DNA of 64,000 nt from Planctomycetota bacterium (GTDB taxonomy: Bacteria > Planctomycetota > Planctomycetia > Pirellulales > Pirellulaceae), in assembly GCA_963204915.1 (NCBI GenBank), contig CAUJHS010000083.1, forward strand, positions 10,130 to 74,129. Reading direction: 5' to 3'. Shown here in pieces: positions 10,558 to 20,794 of this stretch. Below the pieces are notes generated by a model. That model ran no database searches. It was not told the DNA's origin and saw only the letters and a program-made list of their open reading frames with translations. Position numbers and translations under genes: made by a program. Every line of letters begins with the position of its first letter. Position 1 is the stretch's first letter.

Positions 10558-10861
10558 TGCCTAGTGGCCTTGCTGATCGCCCGCTGGATGTGACGGCTTC
10601 GATCCGCCTTCTAAAAGGGCATTGCCCATGCCGGAGGAAACCGGCCAGGAAGAGAGAAAACTCTTCGAGAAATTGCGCGCGTGAGAGTCGCGCGTCGATG
10701 GCCTACGATTTGGCCCGGCGAAAAGCGCAGCGTTTGCGACCGCAACCGCAGGAGCAGCAAACCCCGCCGTCGACCAGCACGCTTTGTGGTGCGAGGTTCA
10801 AAATGCGGAGGGAATCCTAGCTCATCCTTGTTTGAATTTATTGCGGAATTCGCAATCCAAT

Positions 10862-11530
10862 TCACGGATGCGCGTCGCTCAAGGAGCTTTCCAGTTCTTT
10901 GTCCCAGAGCGCCCGCACGCGTTCCAGAAGCCGGCGCACGGTGCGTTCGGAGCATTTCAAACGGTCGGCGATCTCAACTTGCGTCAACCCTTCCAGCTTA
11001 CAAAGCACCAACGCCTGTTGCTGACCGCTAAGCATTCCGAAAAAGCGCTGCATTGTGTCGGCAAAGTCCGCTATCTCCGCCGGAGTAGGAGCGCACGCCA
11101 GATTTTCGCCATCGCTCGGTTTTTCGCCAGGACTTTCTGCATCCAAAGGAACTTCTCTTTTAGGGGAGCGACGCTGGCGATAATGAAACCGCGCATGTTG
11201 CCGAACTTTCGTGAGCGTGATCGCGCACAGCAGCCGCCACAAGTTATCGGTTCCCTGAAGATCGAATTCCTGCTGACGCGCCCGGCGGAAAAAGGTGCGG
11301 CAAACCGATTGCACAACGTCATCGGGTCCAACCCGTTGCTGCAAGGCGGATGTCATTCGACTCTTGGCCAACCGCTGGAGGCTCGGTCCATATCGATCCC
11401 AAAACTCCCGGACGATCTCCTCGTCGCCCATCGGCAGTCGTCGCACCCACACGACTGATTCCTGGGAAATGTCCGCCATGGATTTTCGTGGTTTTGTCGA
11501 TAGGTGAGTGACTGAACGCGATTGCAACAT
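10862..11530 (-). CDS. ECF-family sigma-70 factor (Planctomycete type). The likely start is the Met of 'MADISQE'.
   Basis: Region-2-like 'VQSVCRTFFRR' and region-4 'LTQVEIADRLKCSERTVRRLL' helix-turn-helix. Confidence 0.75.
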   Translation of the reverse strand: MLQSRSVTHLSTKPRKSMADISQESVVWVRRLPMGDEEIVREFWDRYGPSLQRLAKSRMTSALQQRVGPDDVVQSVCRTFFRRARQQEFDLQGTDNLWRLLCAITLTKVRQHARFHYRQRRSPKREVPLDAESPGEKPSDGENLACAPTPAEIADFADTMQRFFGMLSGQQQALVLCKLEGLTQVEIADRLKCSERTVRRLLERVRALWDKELESSLSDAHP

Positions 11531-11952
11531 TCCTCTCTCGCCATTATAGCGATCTCGCCTGCGGCGGGCGTTTATTCTTTTTCATGAGCATCCTGGATGG
11601 GCAATTTCCGTTGGCGTCAACATCCAAGGTAAGCCGGTAGGCCACGTGCGGCAATTTCTGGTCGAAGGCGTCAGCCCGCGATTCGCTGCGAACGCGTCCC
11701 TCCAACTCAGAGGTGTCGCATCGCCAACAGGCACACCGACGCACGCCCCCCCGCGGCAAATGATGTAAGGGAGGGAAGCGCGGTTTCCTAGTTTTTTGGG
11801 GATGGAGACCTGCAGTATCTTGTCTCGCAACTGGGTTGTCGGCAGGTCGAGCCGGACGCACGGAAGGGTTGAATCGCCCTGACCAAAACTGGCGGCGTCA
11901 GGCGTCGTTGGTACAATGGCGGGTGAAGAAAACGCATTCCGCGCCCGCTGTC

Positions 11953-12513
11953 ATGCCCGATGTCACCCGCATCCTGTTGCAAATTGAGTCCGGCGATCGT
12001 TCGGCCGCAGAGCGACTCTTGCCGCTTGTGTATCAGGAGTTAAGGAAACTAGCGGCCGCGAAACTCGCTCAGGAAAGGCCGGGGCAGACTCTACAAGCCA
12101 CCGCGTTGGTTCACGAAGCGTTCTTACGTTTGGTAGGAGAGGAACGCGGTCCGAGATGGGACAATCGAGGTCATTTCTTTGCCGCGGCCGCCGAAGCGAT
12201 GCGGCGGATTCTTGTGGAGAACGCTCGCCGGAAACTTCGTCATAAACATGGAGGCCGACACCAGCGTATTGATCTGGATGATGCGGCTCTCGCGACGAAC
12301 TTGCCGCCCGATGAGATGCTGTTACTCAACGAAGCGCTAGACGAACTCGCGGCTCGTGATCCTTTGGCCGCACAGCTGGTTAAACTGCGGTATTTTGCCG
12401 GACTGTCGTTGACTGAAGCCGCCGAGGCGGTTAATGCACCGCGCACAACTGCTTATAGGCACTGGTCTTACGCACGCGCATGGCTAACGACCCGCGTTAA
12501 GGGATCGATTTGA
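11953..12513 (+). CDS. ECF sigma-70 factor of the TIGR02999 type ('VTRILLQIESGD...LLPLVYQELRKLAA...TLQATALVHEAFLRLV'). Start chosen at the ATG of 'MPDVTR'; the ORF track extends to 11836.
   Basis: Characteristic N-terminus of the Planctomycete/Verrucomicrobia ECF subfamily. Confidence 0.85.
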   Translation: MPDVTRILLQIESGDRSAAERLLPLVYQELRKLAAAKLAQERPGQTLQATALVHEAFLRLVGEERGPRWDNRGHFFAAAAEAMRRILVENARRKLRHKHGGRHQRIDLDDAALATNLPPDEMLLLNEALDELAARDPLAAQLVKLRYFAGLSLTEAAEAVNAPRTTAYRHWSYARAWLTTRVKGSI

Positions 12514-12538
12514 GATTCCGTCTCGGCCAACTTTTGAA

Positions 12539-13342
12539 TTGTTGCGTGGGATTCTAAGGCCCCAAAAATCGCATATCGGCGTAGCGACCCTCGTTTCCCA
12601 GGCAGGCGCCATGTCGATCGATCACACCAAAGCCCGCGACGTGTTTCTCGAAGCCATCGAAAAGCATGATGGCGCGGAGCGGCAGGCGTATCTGGAACAA
12701 ACATGTCAGGGAAATACGGCGCTGCGCGGCGAGGTCGAGAAACTCTTGGCGGCGCATCAGCAAAACAACGCCTTCCTTGATCCGCAGCGCGCCATCAACA
12801 TCGCCTGCCGGATGAGCGACATGGACCTTCGACAAATGGGTTGGGCCGCGAAATTCAACCTGGGAGCGCTTCTCTTCCGCAACGGTGAGTGCGTCCAGAC
12901 GCTTGATTGTCTGGAAGGCGTGCTCGGGGGCAGGGAACTCACCGGCGGAACGCATCTCTATCAGGCGATGGCGCACTGGCGGCTGAACGATCCTGAGGAA
13001 GCCCAGGGTTTTTTTGCACATGGCGTGTCGGATTTTCTGGCGCGGCCGGCAGCCGCGCCGTATACAGCCGCCAGGGACGAAGCGAGGCATCTTCTAGAGC
13101 GTATTCTTGAACAGCAGTATCAAACGACGCGACAGGTGCTAGATCGGGCAATTGAAACAGAACCATCGTTGCAGTTCCTGTGGATCCGCCGAGGCGCTGT
13201 CCAATTGAAACTGAACCGGTTTGCCGAGGATCTGTCGGACTATATGCGAGCCGTCGAACTACACCCAGCGACTGTTACGCCTGGGCCCGACAGATCCAGG
13301 TCCTGTACGCACTGGGCCGAGATGCCGAAATCCGACTATTGA
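12539..13342 (+). CDS. Sigma-factor-associated protein. Its N-terminus ('ARDVFLEAIEKHDGAERQAYLEQTCQGNTALRGEVEKLLAAH') is the conserved leader normally found on Ser/Thr kinases downstream of TIGR02999 sigma factors, but a TPR-like region follows instead of a kinase domain. A frameshift may continue it into the +1 ORF 13180..~13600.
   Basis: Translation; overlap with ORF 13180..14025 whose first ~140 aa look coding. Confidence 0.55.
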   Translation: MLRGILRPQKSHIGVATLVSQAGAMSIDHTKARDVFLEAIEKHDGAERQAYLEQTCQGNTALRGEVEKLLAAHQQNNAFLDPQRAINIACRMSDMDLRQMGWAAKFNLGALLFRNGECVQTLDCLEGVLGGRELTGGTHLYQAMAHWRLNDPEEAQGFFAHGVSDFLARPAAAPYTAARDEARHLLERILEQQYQTTRQVLDRAIETEPSLQFLWIRRGAVQLKLNRFAEDLSDYMRAVELHPATVTPGPDRSRSCTHWAEMPKSDY

Positions 13343-14061
13343 TTGCCGATGCGGTGAGCAAGATCGAGGCGGGACTGGGACGCGATCCTGTAAGGGTACC
13401 GAAAACTTTTGATTTCGCGTGGCATCTGGCGCGTATCGTTCCCGAGATCTGGGGCTCGTTCGATGAGACGGCCGCCTTTCTGGAGAAAACGAACGATTTC
13501 TCGGAAAACCGCGGGAGTTTCGAACGACTCTTCGTTGAAGCCGCCTGGCGACTGCAGAAAGGGGATCGCGCCGAACATCGTGTCATCGAAGCCACCGACG
13601 GCATTGAACGCGTCGCGAGTGCAGAACAAGAAGCAGCCGCTGGCCAGGCTCAGCAACCGGTACAGCGGGATGGCGATGGACTCCATCACGCGGCCATACA
13701 ACGGCACGGGCCGGTCGAAGCGAAACGCGCAGCCGCCGCCGGATGCCCCGCCGCGCATTGCTACGACTGCGGTGCGTACCGCCTCGGCGGTGACGATCGT
13801 GTCAGCGTCGACGAAGATCAGCATCTCGCCGCGTGCCGCTCGCGCGCCGGCGTTGCGCGTGGCGGCAATCTGCCGGTGGTTGACTTCGACCACCTGCGCG
13901 CCATGTTGCCGAGCCAACGCCGCGGTGCCGTCCGTCGAGACGTCATCGACCACGACGACTTCGAACGACTCCCCACTTGCCTGAGCCGCCGCATGGATTG
14001 CCTCCTGCGTCCGGCCCAAGACTGATGCTTCGTTATAAGCGGGGATGACCAAGGAAATCAC
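13336..14061 (-). CDS. Family 2 glycosyltransferase (GT-A fold; 'ISLVIPAYNEA', 'VVVDDVSTDGT', 'IFVDADT')
   Basis: GT2 signature motifs in the translation. Confidence 0.8.
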   Translation of the reverse strand: MISLVIPAYNEASVLGRTQEAIHAAAQASGESFEVVVVDDVSTDGTAALARQHGAQVVEVNHRQIAATRNAGARAARGEMLIFVDADTIVTAEAVRTAVVAMRGGASGGGCAFRFDRPVPLYGRVMESIAIPLYRLLSLASGCFLFCTRDAFNAVGGFDDTMFGAIPFLQSPGGFNEESFETPAVFREIVRFLQKGGRLIERAPDLGNDTRQMPREIKSFRYPYRIASQSRLDLAHRIGNQ

Positions 14062-14067
14062 AAGCGA

Positions 14068-14313
14068 CTATTCCCACAGGTCGAGATACCAGCCTATCGC
14101 TTTCTCGATCGGGTCGCATTCCTCGCAGAGCCAGGCGATCGGTGAATAAAACGCAACCAACGTCTCACGCACCGGGTGCGGTATCTCGAATCGATTGTCG
14201 ATCCAGGTCGCCGGTCCGATGCTGAACGGATAGAAGGCGAGGATCATTACAATCGCACAAGCAATCGCAGGCACAAAAAGCGCGGTTCGGCGGTCTTCGT
14301 CATCGTTGCTCAT
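14068..14313 (-). CDS. Small (81 aa) membrane protein. The real start is the Met of 'MSNDDEDRR'; the 233-aa ORF extension upstream is Arg/Gly-rich high-GC noise.
   Basis: Hydrophobic helix 'ALFVPAIACAIVMILAFYPF'. Confidence 0.5.
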   Translation of the reverse strand: MSNDDEDRRTALFVPAIACAIVMILAFYPFSIGPATWIDNRFEIPHPVRETLVAFYSPIAWLCEECDPIEKAIGWYLDLWE

Positions 14314-14339
14314 GGGCAATTCCTTTTGCAACAAGTCTC

Positions 14340-14815
14340 TCATTCTTTGGCCGCCACGGGCTGTGTGGGACCGGGCAACAGGTGTATGGCTAGCAGCGAG
14401 ATCAGCTGGCTGACAAAGATCACGCGGTGCACGCCTTCGGGCTGGTACGCCATGAACACCTCGTCGAGCACTTGAAACGTAGCCCACAAACCCAGGTTCA
14501 CGCCACAGGCCCAGACCGTTGCCGGCTCTTGCTCCAGTGGCCGCCCGCGGTAGGTCGCTGCAGCCCACCAGAACAGCAATGCCGCCAAGGTCTCCCAGGC
14601 AATCGCTCCTGCGAACAAAAATGTTTGCAGAGCGCGTGGAACATGGAGCGGGTCCATCGTCTGGTTGATCCAGGCCCAGTTGCCCGACACGAACTTGAAC
14701 GACGCCGGGAGTACTCCCAGCACTTGCAGCGCATTGAGGATGTTCGTCGCCGCGACGACGCTCAGCCACGCTGCCCAGAAGAACAGGATGATGCGTTTAA
14801 GGTGGTGCAAGGTCA
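14340..14815 (-). CDS. Integral membrane protein (4 TM helices). The GTG start overlaps the TGA stop of the upstream aldehyde dehydrogenase (GTGA). The 501-aa ORF extension is spurious.
   Basis: Translation 'LHHLKRIILFFWAAWLSVVAATNILNALQVLGVL...'; 4-nt start/stop overlap suggests translational coupling. Confidence 0.55.
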
Positions 14816-16243
14816 CGTCCAGCGCGTGGTGACTTTTTTCGATTGGGTCCAAAACGCGATGGAGCTTTTGCCGGTGATGTCGCCCACCCCGAACCGCGAA
14901 TGGTTCCAGCCGCCGAACCCGAACGGCTCGCGCGGGACGGGCACGCCGACGTTGACGCCGATCATGCCCGCGCTGGCGTCTTGAACGAACCGCTGGGCCG
15001 CTTCGCCGTTTTGCGTGTAGACCGCGGCGGCGTTGCCGTAGAGCGAAGCGTTCTCGATCGCCAAGGCTTCCTCCACATCGCGCACGCGGAGGATCGCCAG
15101 CACCGGGCCAAAGATTTCTTCCTGGGCAATGCGCATCTCGGGCCGCACGCCGTCGAGCACCGTGGGGCCGACGTAGAAGCCGTTTTCGCAACCGCGCACG
15201 GTCGCGCCGCGGCCATCGACCAGCACCTTCGCGCCGGCCGCTTCGGCTTCCGAAATGGACCGTTCGATCCGCTCTTTCGCTTCGCGCGAAATGACCGCGC
15301 CCAGGCTCTTGCCCGGCGCCACGCGGCGGGCTTCTTCGCACACGCGCTGGATGACCGGCTCCACGTCGCCTACCGCCACCAGCGAAGCTGCCGCCATACA
15401 GCGCTGGCCCGCACAGCCCGTAACCGACGCCACCACGTTCGCCGCGGTGGAGGACACGTCGGCGTCGGGCAACACCACCAGGTGATTCTTGGCGCCGCCG
15501 AGCGCCAACACGCGCTTGAGAGCGGCAGCGGCGCGGACGTAAACTTGCCGCGCTGCGGCGGTCGAACCGACGAACGACACGGCGGCGATATCTGCATGGT
15601 CGCAGATCGCCTCCACCACGCGCCGGTCGCCGTTCACCACGCTCATCGCTCCCTGTGGCAATCCGGCTTGGTGCAGCAGTTGCGCGGTTCGTTGCGCGGT
15701 GAGCGGGACCTTTTCCGATGGCTTGAGGATCAGGCAATTGCCCAGGCAGAGCGAGATGGGAATAGTCCAATGCGGCACCATGCAAGGGAAGTTGAACGGC
15801 GTGACCGAGGCCACCACGCCTAGCGGGAAGTGCCGCACGTGGCACTCTACGCCGGGGCTGACTTCCAGCACCTCGCCCGCGACCAGTTGCGGCAACGAAC
15901 AGGCGAACTCCGTAACTTCGATCGCCTTGGCCACCTCGGCCTTAGCCTCATCCGCCGTCTTGCCGTTCTCCTGGTGAATCAGCTCGGTCAATTCCGCTTC
16001 GTGCTCGGCGAGCAGCGCACGGTATGCGTAGAACACCTGCGAGCGTTCTTTGATGGTGCGGGCCGACCACTCGGGAAACACCCGGTGAGCGGCGGACACG
16101 GCGGAATCGAGCACCGCTGGCGTCGAAAGCGGCACGCGCGACAGCGTTGAACCACCCACCGGCGAGATTACGTCGAGGTGCTGGCCATCGAACGGCACAG
16201 GGCGCCCATCAATCCAGTTGCAAACCGGGGAATATTTCATCAT
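14813..16243 (-). CDS. mmsA: CoA-acylating methylmalonate-/malonate-semialdehyde dehydrogenase (ALDH6 family). The likely start is the Met of 'MMKYSPVCNWIDG'.
   Basis: ALDH motifs 'FPLGVVASVTPFNFP', 'GQRCMAAS', 'EEIFGPVL'. Confidence 0.9.
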   Translation of the reverse strand: MMKYSPVCNWIDGRPVPFDGQHLDVISPVGGSTLSRVPLSTPAVLDSAVSAAHRVFPEWSARTIKERSQVFYAYRALLAEHEAELTELIHQENGKTADEAKAEVAKAIEVTEFACSLPQLVAGEVLEVSPGVECHVRHFPLGVVASVTPFNFPCMVPHWTIPISLCLGNCLILKPSEKVPLTAQRTAQLLHQAGLPQGAMSVVNGDRRVVEAICDHADIAAVSFVGSTAAARQVYVRAAAALKRVLALGGAKNHLVVLPDADVSSTAANVVASVTGCAGQRCMAAASLVAVGDVEPVIQRVCEEARRVAPGKSLGAVISREAKERIERSISEAEAAGAKVLVDGRGATVRGCENGFYVGPTVLDGVRPEMRIAQEEIFGPVLAILRVRDVEEALAIENASLYGNAAAVYTQNGEAAQRFVQDASAGMIGVNVGVPVPREPFGFGGWNHSRFGVGDITGKSSIAFWTQSKKVTTRWT

Positions 16244-16406
16244 TGCGTCAACGTATCGGTGGAACTGCGAGCGTGCAAGCAACGGCTTGCAGCAGTCCGG
16301 GCGAATGCGAGAATGGTCGAGCGCTTTCGAGAAATGGGCAAGCGAAAAACAAGAGCTTACCTATGACGCCCTGTTTCACATGAGCGTCGCTGGGAATTAG
16401 CAGTCT

Positions 16407-17684
16407 ATGGAACGTGATACCGCCTTTCAGATGTCGGCGTCGAACATTCGCTTTGGCGTTGGCGTGACCCGCGAAGTGGGCTGGGACCTGCGCGACTTGC
16501 AGGCCGTGCGGGTGATGGTCGTTATCGATCCGGCGCTGGCCGATTTGCCGACGGGGCACGTGGTGCGCGAATCGCTGCGCCAAGCGGGCATTGGCTTCGA
16601 CGTATTCGATGCGGTGTCAGTGGAGCCGACCGACAAGAGCTTTCGCGCCGCGGCGGACGCGGCCGTGGAAGGGCGCTATGACGCGTTTGTCGCCGTCGGC
16701 GGAGGAAGCGCCATCGACACAGCCAAGGCGGCGAACCTGTATTCGACCTGGCCTGCGGACTTTTTCGATTACGTGAATGCGCCCATCGGGCGCGGTCTCC
16801 CTGTTCCCGGCCCACTGCGGCCGTTGATCGCCATTCCCACCACGGCGGGCACGGGCAGCGAAACGACCGGCGTGGCGATTTTCGATCACGTGGAAAAGCA
16901 CGCCAAGACCGGCATTGCCCATCGCTACTTGAAGCCGACCTTGGGCATTGTGGATGCCGACAACACACGCACGCTGCCGCCCGCCGTAGCGGCGTGTACG
17001 GGGCTGGATGTGTTGAGCCACGCACTAGAGTCGTACACCGCGCTCCCGTTCACCATGCGTCCTAAACCTGCCAGGCCGCTGGAGCGACCGGCGTATCAAG
17101 GCGCCAATCCGATTAGCGATATCTGGGCCCTGCGGGCGCTAGAGATCGTCGATGAATACCTGCTCCGCGCCTATCGGGATCCGACAGACGACGAAGCCCG
17201 CGCGCAGATGTTGCTGGCCGCGGCGATTGCGGGCATCGGTTTTGGAAACGCGGGCGTGCATTTGCCGCATGGGATGTCGTACCCCGTGGCGGGCGGAGTG
17301 CGCGACTACCGGCCTGCGGGATACGCGGTCGATCACCCGCTGGTTCCGCATGGCATGTCGGTCATCGTGCACACGCCGGCGGTGGTGCGGTTCACGGCGC
17401 CCGCTTCGCCGGAGCGGCACCTGCGCGCCGCCGCGGCGCTCGGCGCCGATGTTTCTGACGCCGGGCCGGAAGACTCGGGCGCCGTCCTGGCCGAGCGCGT
17501 GATCTACTTCATGCGCGCGCTCGACATGCCGGATGGCCTGGCCGCATTGGGCTATACGGGCGACGACATTCCCGCGCTGGTGGAAGGCACGTTGCCGCAG
17601 CATCGTGTCACCAAGCTTTCGCCCATCGCCGCAGGCGAAGCGGAACTGACCGCGCTGTTTCAAGACTCGCTACAAATCTGGTAG
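16407..17684 (+). CDS. Iron-containing alcohol dehydrogenase family protein (hydroxyacid-oxoacid transhydrogenase/4-hydroxybutyrate DH-like), transcribed divergently from mmsA
   Basis: 'AFVAVGGGSAIDTAKAANL', 'GVHLPHGMSYPVAG' Fe-ADH motifs. Confidence 0.9.
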   Translation: MERDTAFQMSASNIRFGVGVTREVGWDLRDLQAVRVMVVIDPALADLPTGHVVRESLRQAGIGFDVFDAVSVEPTDKSFRAAADAAVEGRYDAFVAVGGGSAIDTAKAANLYSTWPADFFDYVNAPIGRGLPVPGPLRPLIAIPTTAGTGSETTGVAIFDHVEKHAKTGIAHRYLKPTLGIVDADNTRTLPPAVAACTGLDVLSHALESYTALPFTMRPKPARPLERPAYQGANPISDIWALRALEIVDEYLLRAYRDPTDDEARAQMLLAAAIAGIGFGNAGVHLPHGMSYPVAGGVRDYRPAGYAVDHPLVPHGMSVIVHTPAVVRFTAPASPERHLRAAAALGADVSDAGPEDSGAVLAERVIYFMRALDMPDGLAALGYTGDDIPALVEGTLPQHRVTKLSPIAAGEAELTALFQDSLQIW

Positions 17685-18585
17685 CTGCACGATTTTTTTC
17701 TCGCCTTACGCCTTGGAGTCGCCTTGATACATGTCGACGGACAGATGGGAACCCCGTCGGAACAGATGCATCCCTGCCTATTTGCGAAAGGCGACGAACC
17801 ATGACACTTAACGACGATGTGACCACGGACAAAGTGAACGCCGATCTTGCCCAAAGCCTGGCGAAACACTACCACATTCCAGTGGCGCCGCGTCATCCGA
17901 CGCAGCCGGCCCCGCGCCACGCGGTACAAGTGTTCGACGCGGACTCACTTGCTCCCGAGGCGCGAATAGAAATCTTCGTTGAAGAAAAGGCATTAGGAAC
18001 GCTGTGTCGAAAACCTCAAAGTGCATGAGAATCATGAGGTTTTGAGGATGATTAAGCGGCGTTCTCGGCATGGGCTGTGGTAGGAGGGGGCGTAAACATG
18101 TACGCGCTAGCGATGCTTGATCATCGCGATGACAGTCAAGAACTGAGCGCGGCGGCGATACAACTCGTGAATCCATCGCGCAATCCCGGTGTAAACCCGG
18201 GCGCCGTACAACGAGGCGCAATCGATCGCGGCCAGCGTGGAAAAAAATCGTGGCGTCGTCACTGGCGCCCGCTCGGATCAGGAATGTGCTGCATTGCCAA
18301 CAGCAAACTCCCCGCGGAAGCGCATGACAAAGCAAAACCTCCCTGAAAAAAGACTCCCTGCTGCAAACACGAAATATTAAGCACCGCACCCACGCTAGAA
18401 AAAAGAAATGCCCTGGAGGTTAAGGACCGCGCGGGCATTAGCCCACGATGCTACATCTTGACAGTTTGTCGTGGTTTGAGCTCTACCTTTTGGGGCAAAG
18501 CCGTGCGGCGGCGTGGCTCGTAGTACAATGCGGTTATACTTCGTGAGGCGCGCACCGCCTTTCGGTTGAACTTGTTCGGAGCTTC

Positions 18586-20727
18586 TTGATGCCCTTGACG
18601 CCCGAAAACGCCCAGACGATGCGACAGATCATGGCCGCGCTGCTGGAGATTGACCCGGAGCGCGTGACGGGCGAGGCCAACTTCTTTCGGGACCTTGGCG
18701 GGAGTTTCGATCACCTCAAGCCGCTGCGGCTGAAGACCGAAGCGGCGTTCGACGTCGATATTACCGCGATCACCGACGAGGTGAACGCCCGAACCGGAAT
18801 GAACGCCGGCGGGCAGGTCACCAAGAAGTCGCTGAAGGCGATTGGCGACTACCTTGGACTTAAGTTCGAGAAGAAGATTTATACGTTCACCGACTTGTTT
18901 TCCGTAGCGTTTATTGAAGCGATCACGGCGAAGGCGATCGAGCATCGTCAGGGAAAGCACGAAGGCGCGGCGCCGGTGGACAAACCGGCCGTGCGGTTCG
19001 GTCCATTCTCACGGGCGGCCGAAGTCCGCAAGATCGTGGGCCGCATTTTGAATATCCCCGCCGATCGGTTATCGGCCGACACCGACCTTGGCCACATGGA
19101 CGGGTTGCTTCTCGCCGCCATCTTCTGCGAACTGGATGCTAGCTGGGGCATTTCCATGGCAAGGGCCGTGGAGGACATTCTCGCGGCGAGCCGACTCGAC
19201 GCGAAAGGAAGCTTGACGCGCGCTTCGCGCCGCAAGCTGGCGGAGCTGCTTCCCGGCGTCAAGTTCCCTGCAACGGGCAAAGTGGACTTGTCGTTCCTCA
19301 ACCGGCTGGGAGCACTGGAAGCGATCGTCGAGCGCGATGCGACTACCGAGCCAAAGGCTTCCCATCAACCGATCTTCCGTCTACCCGCGGGCCTGGCATG
19401 GACCGCCGAATCCTCGCAGCCTTTGTTGTCGTTGCAACAGACGCTCGGCGACCGCATGACGCAACGGGTGTTGGCCAAGTGCTGCCGCATTGCTAACACC
19501 GCTCACACGCCGTGGTCGTCGCTCGCGGAGCAGTGCATCGAGGCGATCGAGCGATTCGCCACAACCGGCAAAGGCAAGAAGGACTTGAAGGAACTGTCTC
19601 GCGATGTGAAGGACTGGGAGCACGAAGGCGTCCCGCTGCTGCGAGCGCTTGCCGAGGGTCTTAAGGTTGAAGTCCCCAACGACCTGCTCGTGTCAGCCGC
19701 CAAGGTGATGGCGGTCGCAGAGAACCTCGACCAGGCGCAAGCGGTGAAGCGCGTTCAAGAGGTGGCGACAGGCGTGGCAAGCGAAGAACCGCCGCGCGCA
19801 GGCGGCGCCAATGCCGGGAAGGGAAAGAAGAAACCGCTTCTCGCGCAACTCCCCAAGTCCGCGCAGCGCGAGTTGCCGGAGGTCATGCAACGATGCGGGA
19901 ACCGCACCCTCAGAGAGTACATCGCCTGGGAATGGAACTTCGAGCAACAGATGAACCCGGAACGCCGGACGCGTTTCCTGCAGGGCCTCCAAGACGGCCG
20001 GGGCGGGCTAACGTTCGAGCAGCGCCTGATGGGGACACGGTTCAGCCACGTTTACAGCAGCTTGGCGGACCTGGCCGTGGCGCGGCGCTTCTGTCTGGAG
20101 GATCCGGCGGAGATCTTGATCGGGCTGAGTCTGGCCGGACGAATCGGCTGGATGGAACAGGGGCTGAAGGGACGATCGTTCGATGACCCGCTGCTAGGAG
20201 CGCTGGCGGTCGGCGACTGGGCGGTTGCGGATCGCTACGTGGAGACGCTGCCGGTGTGGGACCCCAACAGCGACATCGACTTCGACCTGCGGTCCGACGG
20301 CGTGGTGTCGGTGCTGCGCCGCGACTACGCTCGCCTAGAGACAGCGCTCGATCGCGATATCGATCGATCCCACATTGCATGGTATCAGGCGATGATCGAC
20401 TTCTTCCGCGGCGTCATCGAGGATGATCCCAGCCAGACGATCGCGGCCCTGCAACGGTTCTTTGAGGCCATGAATCGCCTCCGCGATAAGCTCCAAATGG
20501 AGTTCGCCATCTCGACGACGACGCACGGCTTCTACCGGCTGGCCGAGTCGGTTTCCCCCGAGCTTGTCGCGGGCTTCGACATTTCCCAAAAGTTTCCCTG
20601 GGATGCCGAAGTGCACGCCTGCGTCAGCCGCGGGGAGCGTCCGTGGGAGGATTTCGACCTGAGCGATATTTCTCCCGAGTTACACCAGGCCGTGACGACG
20701 CTCAGCAGGCCCGTGTGGTGGACCTGA
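18586..20727 (+). CDS. Large hypothetical protein (713 aa) with two N-terminal acyl/peptidyl-carrier-protein-like helical domains ('FFRDLGGSFDHL', 'DTDLGHMDGLLLAAI') and a long C-terminal domain of unknown function
   Basis: Translation; resemblance to the PP-binding 'FFxLGGxSL' core but with shifted or absent Ser. Confidence 0.65.
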   Translation: MMPLTPENAQTMRQIMAALLEIDPERVTGEANFFRDLGGSFDHLKPLRLKTEAAFDVDITAITDEVNARTGMNAGGQVTKKSLKAIGDYLGLKFEKKIYTFTDLFSVAFIEAITAKAIEHRQGKHEGAAPVDKPAVRFGPFSRAAEVRKIVGRILNIPADRLSADTDLGHMDGLLLAAIFCELDASWGISMARAVEDILAASRLDAKGSLTRASRRKLAELLPGVKFPATGKVDLSFLNRLGALEAIVERDATTEPKASHQPIFRLPAGLAWTAESSQPLLSLQQTLGDRMTQRVLAKCCRIANTAHTPWSSLAEQCIEAIERFATTGKGKKDLKELSRDVKDWEHEGVPLLRALAEGLKVEVPNDLLVSAAKVMAVAENLDQAQAVKRVQEVATGVASEEPPRAGGANAGKGKKKPLLAQLPKSAQRELPEVMQRCGNRTLREYIAWEWNFEQQMNPERRTRFLQGLQDGRGGLTFEQRLMGTRFSHVYSSLADLAVARRFCLEDPAEILIGLSLAGRIGWMEQGLKGRSFDDPLLGALAVGDWAVADRYVETLPVWDPNSDIDFDLRSDGVVSVLRRDYARLETALDRDIDRSHIAWYQAMIDFFRGVIEDDPSQTIAALQRFFEAMNRLRDKLQMEFAISTTTHGFYRLAESVSPELVAGFDISQKFPWDAEVHACVSRGERPWEDFDLSDISPELHQAVTTLSRPVWWT

Positions 20728-20794
20728 AGTGCTCGATTCCGCCCAACTTGCCGCTCGGAAGAAAGGCCTTGGTATTACCGCGGCGACGACCTTG

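Noticed and set aside
10828-10846. Inverted repeat ATTGCG-GAATT-CGCAAT downstream of the ECF sigma gene
   Set aside because: Arms are short (6 bp), there is no U-tract, and it occurs once. It is too weak to call a terminator or operator.
13180-14025. 281-aa plus-strand ORF overlapping the GT2 gene
   Set aside because: Only its first ~140 aa look coding (possible frameshifted continuation of the sigma-associated protein). The rest is antisense to strong GT2 motifs.
14340-15845. 501-aa minus-strand ORF whose N-terminal 340 aa are Arg/Gly/Ala-rich
   Set aside because: It is antisense to the well-supported aldehyde dehydrogenase gene and has the low-complexity composition of spurious high-GC ORFs. 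Only the last ~158 aa (hydrophobic membrane protein starting at a GTG overlapping the ALDH stop) are kept.
18440-18585. TTGACA-like and TATACT-like hexamers upstream of the 713-aa ORF as a sigma-70 promoter
   Set aside because: The spacing does not fit 17±1 bp, Planctomycete promoter consensus is poorly defined, and such hexamers occur by chance at this frequency.
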